Shown here piece by piece: positions 16,232-25,094 of a stretch of DNA of 35,846 nt. Each line of letters opens with the position of its first letter. Position 1 is the first letter of the stretch. The notes beneath the pieces are model-generated. The model was not told the DNA's origin, did no database searches, and saw nothing but the letters and a program-made list of their open reading frames with translations. The DNA comes from a virus (lineage: Duplodnaviria > Heunggongvirae > Uroviricota > Caudoviricetes). Made by a program: the position numbers and the translations under genes. The DNA is taken from IMG/VR virus record IMGVR_UViG_2529293061_000007. One strand, written 5' to 3'.

Positions 16232-16840
16232 ATGGACTATTTTTACATAGCAACTAAATCGCAAAATCCTTGGGTTAAGTATAGGCCTTTGGCAGTAGGA
16301 GATTTAGCTAGCACCTCATTCCCAAATCCCTTTTTTAATTATTTCTTAAGTTCAAACATCCCTCCAATACCAGTAAATGTTAACGGGCATCTAACTGACT
16401 ATACGAGAATGCAGTGGCTTTATGGCCTAAAGACAGGGTCACTTACTACTAAGTGTTCTGTACAAGATATAGCGGCAGTTGGTCAAGAATTGGCTATGCA
16501 TTTTTGTAAATATACTAGAGAACTGATTTGGGAAGCCGTTCGAGTTGAATGTTACCCAAAAAAGCCTTCAAGACAGAAATGCTTATGGGTTTCACAAGGT
16601 GAAGAAAGTCTTCACTATTGGATTTCGCAGTTGGGATTGGGGGACAATCAGACTGTGTTCAGAGTTGAGTTGGATGGAGTTATACATGAGGCGAGTGATG
16701 AACATTTGATGAATGACGATATACCGTATGATATTGCCTTAGAAAAAGCTCATAAATATTGGAGTGGTGAAATAGTTGATCCGTTAAAAAAGGAAATACT
16801 TTTTGAAGGAAATATGCGGATTCTAGAGCACATTTTATAG
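16232..16840 (+). CDS. AT-rich moron protein (202 aa), function unknown
   Basis: Located after Rz/Rz1 (the lambda bor-region equivalent); AT-rich; terminator-like element follows; no family recognised. Confidence 0.55.
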   Translation: MDYFYIATKSQNPWVKYRPLAVGDLASTSFPNPFFNYFLSSNIPPIPVNVNGHLTDYTRMQWLYGLKTGSLTTKCSVQDIAAVGQELAMHFCKYTRELIWEAVRVECYPKKPSRQKCLWVSQGEESLHYWISQLGLGDNQTVFRVELDGVIHEASDEHLMNDDIPYDIALEKAHKYWSGEIVDPLKKEILFEGNMRILEHIL

Positions 16841-16841
16841 C

Positions 16842-16860
16842 CGCCTTCTGGCGTTTTTTG
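16842..16860 (+). terminator. candidate intrinsic terminator after the post-lysis moron
   Basis: Short GC stem CGCC/GGCG with loop TTCT followed by TTTTTTG. Confidence 0.4.
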
Positions 16861-16911
16861 TTGCCATCACCATGGACAAACATCATCGTGATGATTGCAG
16901 GAAAACTTTAA

Positions 16912-17262
16912 ATGCCACCACGAACCCCAAAAGCCTGCCGTGTTCGCGGCTGCCGCAATACCACGACTGACCCGTCAGGCTACTGCGAAAGCCACAAAAG
17001 CGAAGGCTGGAAGCAATACAAGCCAGGACAATCCCGTCATCAGCGCGGTTATGGTTCGAAATGGGATGTTATCCGTGAACGTGTGCTCAAGCGTGACAAA
17101 GGCCTGTGTCAGTTATGTCGGCGTGCTGGTGTGGTGCGTGAGGCGAAGACCGTTGACCACATCATCCCTAAATCGCATGGCGGCACTGATGTCGACAGTA
17201 ATCTGCAGAGTTTGTGCTGGCCGTGTCATAAGGCGAAGACGGCCCGTGAACGGCTGAAGTAA
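16912..17262 (+). CDS. HNH endonuclease (packaging-associated)
   Basis: Cys/His-rich ...CQLCRRAG...VDHIIPKSHGGTDVDSNLQSLCWPCHKAK...; immediately upstream of terminase genes as in HK97-like phages. Confidence 0.85.
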   Translation: MPPRTPKACRVRGCRNTTTDPSGYCESHKSEGWKQYKPGQSRHQRGYGSKWDVIRERVLKRDKGLCQLCRRAGVVREAKTVDHIIPKSHGGTDVDSNLQSLCWPCHKAKTARERLK

Positions 17263-17387
17263 GAACCAGTTCCCACTGCCAGAGGGGAGGGGCGGGTCAA
17301 ATCCCTGTGACCTGACGTCTTCCGGACTGCCCGCCCCATCGTTTTTTTATACCCGCGAAAAATGAAATTTAACCAGGAGTGCCGCAT
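17263..17387. other. candidate cos / packaging-site region
   Basis: Intergenic segment between HNH and TerS with GC-rich inverted repeat GGGGCGGG...CCCGCCCC and a T-tract; by analogy with HK97-like genomes. Not directly demonstrable. Confidence 0.3.
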
Positions 17388-17882
17388 ATGGCTGGAACGG
17401 CGGGGCGTTCCGGGCGTCGCCCCAAGCCAACGGCGCGCAAGGCGCTGGCCGGAAACCCCGGCAAGCGAGCCCTGAATAAAGATGAACCTGTTTTTACGCC
17501 CATCAAAGGTGTTGAGCCACCGGAGTGGTTCGCTGAAGAAGATCTCCCTCTCGCTACGATCATGTGGCAACTGACAACTAAAGAACTCTGCGGTCAGGGC
17601 CTGCTGTGCGTGACTGACCTCGCGGTTCTTGAGCGGTGGTGCGTGGCCTACGAGTTCTGGCGACGTGCCGTGAAAAATATTGCCAGACAGGGCAACACCA
17701 TCACCGGTGCAATGGGCGGTATGGTCAAAAATCCGGAGCTGACCGCCAAAAAAGAACAGGAGTCCGAGATGAGCAGTACGGGGGCAATGCTCGGACTCGA
17801 CCCCAGCAGCCGCCAGCGTCTGATTGGCCTGGCGGGGAAGAAGAAAGCCACTAACCCGTTTCTGAAAATCATCGAATCATGA
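17388..17882 (+). CDS. terminase small subunit
   Basis: ATG at 17388 with AGGAG RBS; basic N-terminus; coupled to the large subunit. Confidence 0.75.
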   Translation: MAGTAGRSGRRPKPTARKALAGNPGKRALNKDEPVFTPIKGVEPPEWFAEEDLPLATIMWQLTTKELCGQGLLCVTDLAVLERWCVAYEFWRRAVKNIARQGNTITGAMGGMVKNPELTAKKEQESEMSSTGAMLGLDPSSRQRLIGLAGKKKATNPFLKIIES

Positions 17883-19612
17883 GCCGGAAATCTTACCCCA
17901 ACGTAAATACTGCCAATCAGTATGCCCGGGATGTCGTGCGCGGAAAGATTGTGGCCTGCCAGTTTGTGATTCAGGCCTGCCAGCGCCATCTTGATGACCT
18001 GATGGCGGAAAAAAGTAAGTCGTTTCGTTACCGCTTCGACAAGGACCTGGCTGAACGGGCCGCCAAATTTATTCAGCTGTTGCCGCACACCAAGGGTGAG
18101 TGGGCATTTAAGAGGATGCCCATCACGCTGGAGCCGTGGCAGCTCTTTGTGATCTGCTGCGCGTTTGGCTGGGTCAATAAAGGCTCCCGGCTGCGCCGCT
18201 TCCGTGAGGTGTATACCGAAATCCCCCGTAAGAACGGCAAATCGGCAATCTCTGCCGGTGTCGCCCTGTATTGTTTTGCCTGTGATAACGAGTTCGGCGC
18301 GGAAGTGTATTCCGGTGCCACGACGGAGAAACAGGCATGGGAAGTCTTTCGTCCGGCAAGACTGATGTGTAAACGCACACCCATGCTGACGGAAGCGTTC
18401 GGGATTGAGGTTAACGCCTCAAACATGAACCGTCCGGAGGATGGTGCGCGTTTTGAACCGCTGATTGGTAACCCCGGTGATGGTTCATCACCCCACTGTG
18501 CGGTGGTGGATGAATATCACGAGCACGCCACAGATGCGCTTTACACCACGATGCTTACCGGGATGGGGGCGCGACGTCAGCCACTGATGTGGGCTATCAC
18601 TACCGCCGGGTACAACATTGAGGGGCCGTGCTACGACAAACGGCGGGAAGTCATCGAGATGCTCAACGGTTCGGTACCCAACGATGAACTGTTCGGGATC
18701 ATCTATACCGTTGATGAAGGTGACGACTGGACCGACCCGCAGGTGCTGGAAAAAGCCAATCCAAATATTGGCGTGTCGGTTTATCGCGAATTTTTGTTAA
18801 GTCAGCAGCAGCGTGCGAAAAATAACGCCCGTCTGGCAAACGTCTTTAAAACAAAACACCTCAATATCTGGGTGTCGGCGCGTTCGGCGTATTTCAACCT
18901 GGTGAGCTGGCAGAGCTGCGAGGATAAATCACTGACCCTTGAGCAGTTCGAGGGGCAGCCGTGCATTCTGGCCTTTGACCTGGCGCGTAAGCTGGATATG
19001 AACAGCATGGCGCGACTTTATACCCGCGAGATTGACGGTAAAACGCATTACTACAGTGTGGCCCCGCGTTTCTGGGTACCGTATGACACGGTGTACAGCG
19101 TCGAGAAAAATGAAGATCGACGGACAGCCGAACGCTTTCAGAAATGGGTGGAAATGGGCGTTCTGACCGTTACCGATGGTGCGGAGGTGGATTATCGCTA
19201 CATCCTCGAGGAGGCCAAAGCGGCGAACAAAATCAGTCCGGTCAGTGAGTCACCCATCGACCCCTTCGGGGCGACCGGGTTGTCACATGACCTTGCTGAT
19301 GAAGACCTGAACCCCATCACTATCATTCAGAACTACACCAACATGTCCGACCCGATGAAAGAGCTGGAAGCGGCAATTGAATCGGGGCGCTTTCATCATG
19401 ATGGCAATCCCATCATGACCTGGTGTATCGGCAACGTGGTCGGCAAAACCATTCCGGGTAACGATGATGTGGTGAAGCCCGTCAAAGAGCAGGCGGAAAA
19501 CAAAATTGACGGTGCAGTTGCGCTGATTATGGCGATTGGCAGAGCCATGCTGTACGAGAAAGAAGACACGCTGTCTGACCACATTGAGTCCTATGGGATC
19601 CGCTCGCTTTAA
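17879..19612 (+). CDS. terminase large subunit
   Basis: 577-aa ORF; ATPase and nuclease regions typical of TerL; ATGA-coupled to TerS. Confidence 0.9.
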   Translation: MSRKSYPNVNTANQYARDVVRGKIVACQFVIQACQRHLDDLMAEKSKSFRYRFDKDLAERAAKFIQLLPHTKGEWAFKRMPITLEPWQLFVICCAFGWVNKGSRLRRFREVYTEIPRKNGKSAISAGVALYCFACDNEFGAEVYSGATTEKQAWEVFRPARLMCKRTPMLTEAFGIEVNASNMNRPEDGARFEPLIGNPGDGSSPHCAVVDEYHEHATDALYTTMLTGMGARRQPLMWAITTAGYNIEGPCYDKRREVIEMLNGSVPNDELFGIIYTVDEGDDWTDPQVLEKANPNIGVSVYREFLLSQQQRAKNNARLANVFKTKHLNIWVSARSAYFNLVSWQSCEDKSLTLEQFEGQPCILAFDLARKLDMNSMARLYTREIDGKTHYYSVAPRFWVPYDTVYSVEKNEDRRTAERFQKWVEMGVLTVTDGAEVDYRYILEEAKAANKISPVSESPIDPFGATGLSHDLADEDLNPITIIQNYTNMSDPMKELEAAIESGRFHHDGNPIMTWCIGNVVGKTIPGNDDVVKPVKEQAENKIDGAVALIMAIGRAMLYEKEDTLSDHIESYGIRSL

Positions 19613-19623
19613 CTGAGGTAATT

Positions 19624-19806
19624 ATGATCATGCTGATTCTCGCGCCTCTGGTGGGCGTGCTGGGGGCGCTTTTGCTGGCGTATGGTGCCTGGCTGATTTA
19701 TCCCCCGGCGGGGTTTGTTGTTGCCGGGGCGTTGTGCCTGTTCTGGTCGTGGCTGGTGGCGCGATATCTCGACCGTACACAGCTGTCTGTTGGTGGAGGT
19801 AAATAG
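19624..19806 (+). CDS. small hydrophobic protein (60 aa, two predicted TM helices)
   Basis: GAGG RBS 5 nt upstream of ATG; translation almost entirely hydrophobic; wedged between TerL and portal. Confidence 0.4.
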   Translation: MIMLILAPLVGVLGALLLAYGAWLIYPPAGFVVAGALCLFWSWLVARYLDRTQLSVGGGK

Positions 19807-21047
19807 TGTTCTTTTCGGGATTATTTCAACGAAAAAGTGACGCACCGGTGACCACGTCAGCAGAGCTGGCGGATGCCATCGGGTTGTCCTACGACACCTA
19901 TACCGGAAAGCAGATCAGCAGTCAGCGAGCCATGCGACTGACGGCGGTTTTTTCCTGCGTCAGAGTGCTGGCAGAGTCGGTCGGGATGTTGCCCTGCAAT
20001 CTGTATCACCTGAACGGCAGCCTGAAGCAGAGAGCCACCGGCGAACGTCTGCATAAACTGATCTCCACGCATCCCAATAGCTATATGACGCCGCAGGAGT
20101 TCTGGGAGCTGGTGGTCACCTGTCTGTGCCTGCGGGGAAATTTTTACGCCTACAAAGTGAAAGCATTTGGCGAAGTGGCTGAACTGCTGCCCGTCGATCC
20201 CGGCTGTGTGGTACCGAAGCTTAACAGTAGCTGGGAGCCGGTCTATCAGGTCACATTCCCGGATGGCTCCACGGATGTACTGAGCCAGGAGGATATCTGG
20301 CATGTGCGCACGCTGACGCTGGACGGACTGGTGGGGCTGAATCCCATCGCCTATGCCCGCGAGGCAATATCGCTGGCGGCAGCGACCGAAGAGCACGGGG
20401 CCAGACTGTTCAGCAATGGCGCGGTGACGTCGGGTGTGTTGCGTACAGAGCAGACGCTGTCAGATCAGGCTTATGAGCGCCTGAAGAAAGATTTTGAGGA
20501 GCGTCACACCGGGCTTGGCAATGCTCACCGCCCGATGATCCTTGAGATGGGGCTGGACTGGAAGTCGATGGCGCTGAACGCCGAGGACAGCCAGTTCCTG
20601 GAAACCCGCAAGTTTCAGCTTGAAGAAATCTGTCGTCTGTTCCGGGTGCCGTTGCACATGGTGCAGAACACCGATCGCGCCACCTTCAACAATATCGAAG
20701 AGCTGGGGCTGGGATTTATCAACTATTCACTGGTGCCGTATCTGACCCGCATCGAGCAGCGGATCAACACCGGACTGGTTCGAAAAAGTAAGCAGGGCGT
20801 TTATTACGCCAAATTTAACGCCGGGGCGTTACTGCGCGGGGATATGAAGTCCCGTTTTGAAGCCTACGCCACCGGGATCAACTGGGGAATTTACTCTCCC
20901 AATGACTGCCGCGACCTGGAAGATATGAATCCGCGTCCCGGTGGGGATGTCTATCTCACACCGATGAATATGACCACGAAACCCTCCGATGGCAGTAAAG
21001 CCGGTAAGCAGAAGGATAACGCCAATGCAGACGAAACAACGTCTTGA
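19806..21047 (+). CDS. portal protein (HK97 family)
   Basis: 413-aa ORF; GTG start with GGAGG RBS (true start may be downstream); sits between terminase and protease. Confidence 0.85.
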   Translation: MFFSGLFQRKSDAPVTTSAELADAIGLSYDTYTGKQISSQRAMRLTAVFSCVRVLAESVGMLPCNLYHLNGSLKQRATGERLHKLISTHPNSYMTPQEFWELVVTCLCLRGNFYAYKVKAFGEVAELLPVDPGCVVPKLNSSWEPVYQVTFPDGSTDVLSQEDIWHVRTLTLDGLVGLNPIAYAREAISLAAATEEHGARLFSNGAVTSGVLRTEQTLSDQAYERLKKDFEERHTGLGNAHRPMILEMGLDWKSMALNAEDSQFLETRKFQLEEICRLFRVPLHMVQNTDRATFNNIEELGLGFINYSLVPYLTRIEQRINTGLVRKSKQGVYYAKFNAGALLRGDMKSRFEAYATGINWGIYSPNDCRDLEDMNPRPGGDVYLTPMNMTTKPSDGSKAGKQKDNANADETTS

Positions 21048-21675
21048 TGTACCGCTGAGTCTGAAATCTGTCAGTGACTCCGGTGAGTTTGAAGGGTATG
21101 GCTCCGTCTTTGGTGTAAAGGACAGCCACGATGATGTGGTGATGTCCGGGGCATTTGCTGCTTCCCTGCGGGCGTGGAGTGACAGAAAAGCGTTACCTGC
21201 GCTGCTCTGGCAGCACCGCATGGATGAACCCATCGGTGTTTACACCGAAATGAAGGAAGACGATGTCGGGCTTTACGTCAGGGGACGGTTGCTTATTGAT
21301 GATGATCCCCTCGCAAAACGCGCACATGCACACATGAAGGCCGGTTCGTTAACCGGCCTTTCTATTGGGTACGTCCTGAAAGACTGGGAATACGACCGGA
21401 GCAAAGAAGCCTTTCTGCTGAAAGAAATCGACCTCTGGGAAGTCAGCCTGGTGACGTTCCCGTCTAACGACGAGGCGCGGATCAGCGACGTCAAGAACGC
21501 ACTGGCCCGCGGGGAAATCCCCGAACAGAAAAAAATCGAAAGAGTCCTGCGTGATGTCGGACTCTCCCGTACCCAGGCCAAAGCATTCATGGCCGGGGGC
21601 TATGGCGCACTGTCCCTGCGCGACGCTGAGGATGTGGGCTCTGCACTGAATGCACTGAAAAATCTGAACTTCTAA
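21025..21675 (+). CDS. prohead maturation protease (HK97 family)
   Basis: ATG at 21025 with AAGGA RBS overlapping the portal 3' end; position and size fit the HK97 protease. Confidence 0.8.
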   Translation: MQTKQRLDVPLSLKSVSDSGEFEGYGSVFGVKDSHDDVVMSGAFAASLRAWSDRKALPALLWQHRMDEPIGVYTEMKEDDVGLYVRGRLLIDDDPLAKRAHAHMKAGSLTGLSIGYVLKDWEYDRSKEAFLLKEIDLWEVSLVTFPSNDEARISDVKNALARGEIPEQKKIERVLRDVGLSRTQAKAFMAGGYGALSLRDAEDVGSALNALKNLNF

Positions 21676-21689
21676 TCAGGAGAAATACG

Positions 21690-22895
21690 ATGGCGGTTGA
21701 TATTAAAGATGTCGAACAGGTCGCGCAGGAGCTGCAGCAGAAGTTTGACGACTTCAAAGCAAAGAACGACAAGCGCGTGGATGCGATTGAGCAGGAAAAA
21801 GGTAAACTTGCCGGGCAGGTGGAAACCCTGAACGGGAAACTCAGCGAGCTGGAAAATCTCAAAAGCGACCTTGAAAAAGAGCTGCTTGAGCTGAAACGTC
21901 CGGCAGGTGGTGCGCAAAATAAACTGGCCACCGAGCATAAAGAAGCGTTTGTGGGCTTCCTGCGTAAAGGCCGTGAAGATGGTCTGCGCGATCTGGAGCG
22001 CAAGGCATTGCAGGTGGGCACCGATGAAGACGGTGGCTATGCCGTGCCGGAAGCACTGGATCGCAACATTCTCACCCTGCTTAAAGATGAAGTGGTGATG
22101 CGCCAGGAAGCCACGGTGATCACTGTTGGCGGTTCCGACTACAAAAAACTGGTGAATCTGGGCGGCACGGCTTCCGGATGGGTGGGCGAGACTGACGCGC
22201 GCTCCCAGACTGCCACCTCAAAACTGGGACTGATTGAACCTTTCATGGGGGAAATCTACGGCAACCCGCAGGCCACCCAGAAAATGCTGGACGATGCCTT
22301 CTTCAACGTGGAGGCCTGGATCAACAGCGAGCTGGCAACCGAATTTGCCGAACAGGAAGAAATTGCCTTTACCTCAGGCGATGGCACCAAGAAGCCGAAA
22401 GGGTTCCTGGCGTATGAATCCACTGATGAAACCGATAAGGTCCGGGCGTTCGGCAAACTTCAGCATATTGTATCCGGCGAAGCGACGGCGGTGACCGCAG
22501 ACGCCATTATCAAACTGATTTACACGCTGCGTAAGGCACACCGCACTGGCGCGAAGTTCATGATGAACAACAACAGCCTGTTTGCCATCCGTCTGCTGAA
22601 AGACAGCGAGGGTAACTATCTGTGGCGTCCGGGGCTGGAGCTGGGGCAGCCGTCCTCTCTGGCGGGTTACGGTATCGCTGAAAACGAACAGATGCCGGAT
22701 ATCGCCGCTGATGCGAAAGCCATTGCATTTGGTAACTTCAAACGGGGTTACACCATCGTTGACCGTATCGGCACCCGCATTCTGCGTGACCCGTACACCA
22801 ATAAACCGTTTGTCGGTTTTTATACCACCAAACGCACCGGCGGCATGTTGGTCGATTCGCAGGCCATCAAACTGCTGAAGATTGCAGTGGCGTAA
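21690..22895 (+). CDS. major capsid protein (HK97 fold) with N-terminal coiled-coil delta domain
   Basis: 401-aa ORF; AGGAGA RBS; N-terminal about 100 aa coiled-coil followed by capsid body. Confidence 0.9.
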   Translation: MAVDIKDVEQVAQELQQKFDDFKAKNDKRVDAIEQEKGKLAGQVETLNGKLSELENLKSDLEKELLELKRPAGGAQNKLATEHKEAFVGFLRKGREDGLRDLERKALQVGTDEDGGYAVPEALDRNILTLLKDEVVMRQEATVITVGGSDYKKLVNLGGTASGWVGETDARSQTATSKLGLIEPFMGEIYGNPQATQKMLDDAFFNVEAWINSELATEFAEQEEIAFTSGDGTKKPKGFLAYESTDETDKVRAFGKLQHIVSGEATAVTADAIIKLIYTLRKAHRTGAKFMMNNNSLFAIRLLKDSEGNYLWRPGLELGQPSSLAGYGIAENEQMPDIAADAKAIAFGNFKRGYTIVDRIGTRILRDPYTNKPFVGFYTTKRTGGMLVDSQAIKLLKIAVA

Positions 22896-22902
22896 TCACT
22901 CA

Positions 22903-22922
22903 GGGGCGCGGAACCGCGCCCC
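22903..22922 (+). other. GC-rich hairpin after the capsid gene (no U-tract)
   Basis: 8-bp stem GGGGCGCG / CGCGCCCC with 4-nt loop GAAC; followed by TGTTCTGACGG. Confidence 0.45.
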
Positions 22923-22943
22923 TGTTCTGACGGGTGAAGAATC

Positions 22944-23144
22944 ATGATCCTGAAACAAGATCTGAAATGGTCACCGGACGGTATGCGTGTTGAGGTCATT
23001 CGGGCCGGTGAGTATGACGACGGGGCGCTTCCTGCCCGGGTGCAGGAGATTGCACTTCAGGCCGGGTTAGCAGAGCGCGGAACCAGTGCAAAAAGCAGTA
23101 AAGCGACAAAAGAGAAAAAAGCCACGACCAGTAAAGAGGGCTGA
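22944..23144 (+). CDS. hypothetical small protein (66 aa)
   Basis: ATG after the capsid hairpin; C-terminal K/S/T/A-rich low-complexity tail; uncertain. Confidence 0.3.
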   Translation: MILKQDLKWSPDGMRVEVIRAGEYDDGALPARVQEIALQAGLAERGTSAKSSKATKEKKATTSKEG

Positions 23145-23146
23145 GT

Positions 23147-23470
23147 ATGCTTCTGACAATGGAAGAGATTAAAGCCCAACTCCGGCTGGATGAGGATTTC
23201 GATGCTGATGACCGCCATCTGCAACTGCTGGCCTGTGCGGCACAAAAGCGGACGGAAACGTATCTGAACCGGAAGCTCTATGCACCGGATGAAACCATTC
23301 CGGACAGCGATCCGGACGGGCTGCACCTGCCGGATGATATTCGTCTGGGGATGCTGATGCTTATCAGCCATTTTTACGAAAACCGCTCGTCGGTTACGGA
23401 AGTGGAGAAACTCGACATGCCGCAGAGTTTTGGCTGGCTTGTCGGCCCGTACAGGTACTTTCCGCAATGA
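23147..23470 (+). CDS. head-tail connector (gp6-like)
   Basis: 107-aa ORF right after the capsid module; acidic; standard position. Confidence 0.7.
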   Translation: MLLTMEEIKAQLRLDEDFDADDRHLQLLACAAQKRTETYLNRKLYAPDETIPDSDPDGLHLPDDIRLGMLMLISHFYENRSSVTEVEKLDMPQSFGWLVGPYRYFPQ

Positions 23471-23877
23471 AAATTCGTCAGGCGCAGACCAGCGCAACCT
23501 ACATTCTGCCGGACCCCGGTGAACTGAATAAACGCGTCCTGATCCGCCAGCGGGTGGATATGCCCGCGGATAACTTTGGCGTGGAGCCTCAATACCCGGT
23601 TACGTTCCGGACATGGGCGAAGGTTATCCAGACCAGTGCTACCACCTGGCAGGAAACCGCGCAGACCGGGGACGCCATCACCCATTACATCACCATTCGT
23701 TACCGCCGGGGGATCACTGCTGATTATGAGGTGGTCTGTGATGACAGTGTGTACCGGGTGAAACGTCAGCGTGATCTGAACGGGGCGCGGCGCTTTCTGC
23801 TGCTGGAGTGTACGGAGCTGGGCGAATGTAGGCAGAGTCACGGAGGCAGCAATGGCGACTCCCTTTTTTCACGTTGA
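23467..23877 (+). CDS. head closure / head-tail joining protein
   Basis: ATGA-coupled; about 135 aa; position in the head-tail joining block. Confidence 0.65.
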   Translation: MKIRQAQTSATYILPDPGELNKRVLIRQRVDMPADNFGVEPQYPVTFRTWAKVIQTSATTWQETAQTGDAITHYITIRYRRGITADYEVVCDDSVYRVKRQRDLNGARRFLLLECTELGECRQSHGGSNGDSLFSR

Positions 23878-24358
23878 TGTTCAGCAGCCCGCCGAGATGC
23901 GCTTTAACCGCGCCCGTGTCCGGCGGGCGTTTGTCACGATTGGGCAGCGTCATATGCGTGATGCCCGTCGGCTGGTGATGCGCCGTGCGCGGTCGGCACC
24001 GGGTGAAAACCCCGGTTATCAGACCGGACGCCTGGCTCGTTCGATTGGTTATATGGTGCCGAGAGCCAGTAAAAAGCGAGCCGGTTTTATGACACGCATT
24101 GCCCCTAACCAGCGCAACGGGAAGGGGAACCGGATGATCTCAGGTGACTTCTATCCGGCGTTTCTGTTTTTTGGTGTCCGGGGAGGAGCAAAACGTCGTC
24201 GTAGTCATCATCGTGGTGCATCCGGTGGCAGCGGCTGGCGACTGGCTCCACGTAATAACTTCATGGTGGAAACGCTTGAAAAGAACCGCAGCTGGACACG
24301 CTATTTTCTGGCGCGGGAATTGCGTAAATCACTGAAGCCGGAGCGACGACACCGATGA
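23852..24358 (+). CDS. HK97 gp10-family tail-component protein
   Basis: GGAGG RBS; basic protein of 168 aa; position. Confidence 0.65.
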   Translation: MATPFFHVDVQQPAEMRFNRARVRRAFVTIGQRHMRDARRLVMRRARSAPGENPGYQTGRLARSIGYMVPRASKKRAGFMTRIAPNQRNGKGNRMISGDFYPAFLFFGVRGGAKRRRSHHRGASGGSGWRLAPRNNFMVETLEKNRSWTRYFLARELRKSLKPERRHR

Positions 24359-24915
24359 AACTGACTCCTGTTATTGCTGCACTGCGTGCCCGTTGTCCGT
24401 ATTTTGAAAACCGGGTTGCAGGCGCGGCCCAGTTCAAAAATCTGCCGGAGGTCGGAAAGCTGAAACTCCCGGCGGCATATGTTGTACCGGGTGATGATTC
24501 TCCGGGAGAAAACAAAAGCCAGACCGACTACTGGCAGGAGCTGAAAGAGGGTTTCTCCGTGGTTGTCATACTGAGTAACGGGCGTGATGAGCGCGGTCAG
24601 TTTGCCTCGTATGATGTGGTGGACGATGTCCGGCAGATGCTCTTTAAGGCTCTGCTGGGCTGGAACCCGGAGGCGTGCGGTAACCCGATTACCTATGACG
24701 GCGGCACGCTGCTGGATCTGAATCGTCATGAGCTGATTTATCAGTTCGATTTTTCGGTCATCAGCGAGCTGACTGAAGACGATCCCCGCCAGCAGGATGA
24801 TCTGAACAGTCTGGATGAACTGCAAACGCTGGCGATTGATGTTGATTATCTCGAGCCCGGTAACGGGCCTGACGGCGATATCGAACATCACACCGAAATA
24901 ACCCTTCCTTCCTGA
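24355..24915 (+). CDS. tail-associated protein (tail completion/terminator-like)
   Basis: ATGA-coupled 186-aa ORF upstream of the sheath gene. Confidence 0.55.
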   Translation: MKLTPVIAALRARCPYFENRVAGAAQFKNLPEVGKLKLPAAYVVPGDDSPGENKSQTDYWQELKEGFSVVVILSNGRDERGQFASYDVVDDVRQMLFKALLGWNPEACGNPITYDGGTLLDLNRHELIYQFDFSVISELTEDDPRQQDDLNSLDELQTLAIDVDYLEPGNGPDGDIEHHTEITLPS

Positions 24916-24923
24916 GGATCCTC

Positions 24924-25094
24924 ATGTTTGTCAAACCTGTTAAAGGGCGGTCAGTGCCTGACCCTGCCCGCGGCGACCTTTTGCCCGCCGAAGGGCGAAA
25001 TGTTGACGAGAACAACTACTGGCTGCGCCGTGAAGCAGCGGGTGATATCCGGCGCGTGAATAAAAAGGTGAACACCGATGACGATAAGCTTTAA
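24924..25094 (+). CDS. small DUF2635-like protein (56 aa), not in the supplied ORF track
   Basis: Found by hand: ATG 24924 with GAGGA RBS, translation MFVKPVKGRSVPDPARGDLLPAEGRNVDENNYWLRREAAGDIRRVNKKVNTDDDKL, stop TAA 25092-25094; typical small gene preceding Mu-like sheath genes. Confidence 0.5.
   Translation: MFVKPVKGRSVPDPARGDLLPAEGRNVDENNYWLRREAAGDIRRVNKKVNTDDDKL

Noticed and set aside
21587-22021. Minus-strand ORFs (144 aa and 88 aa) antisense to the protease/capsid genes
   Set aside because: Ser/Arg-rich low-complexity translations fully embedded in confidently assigned structural genes.
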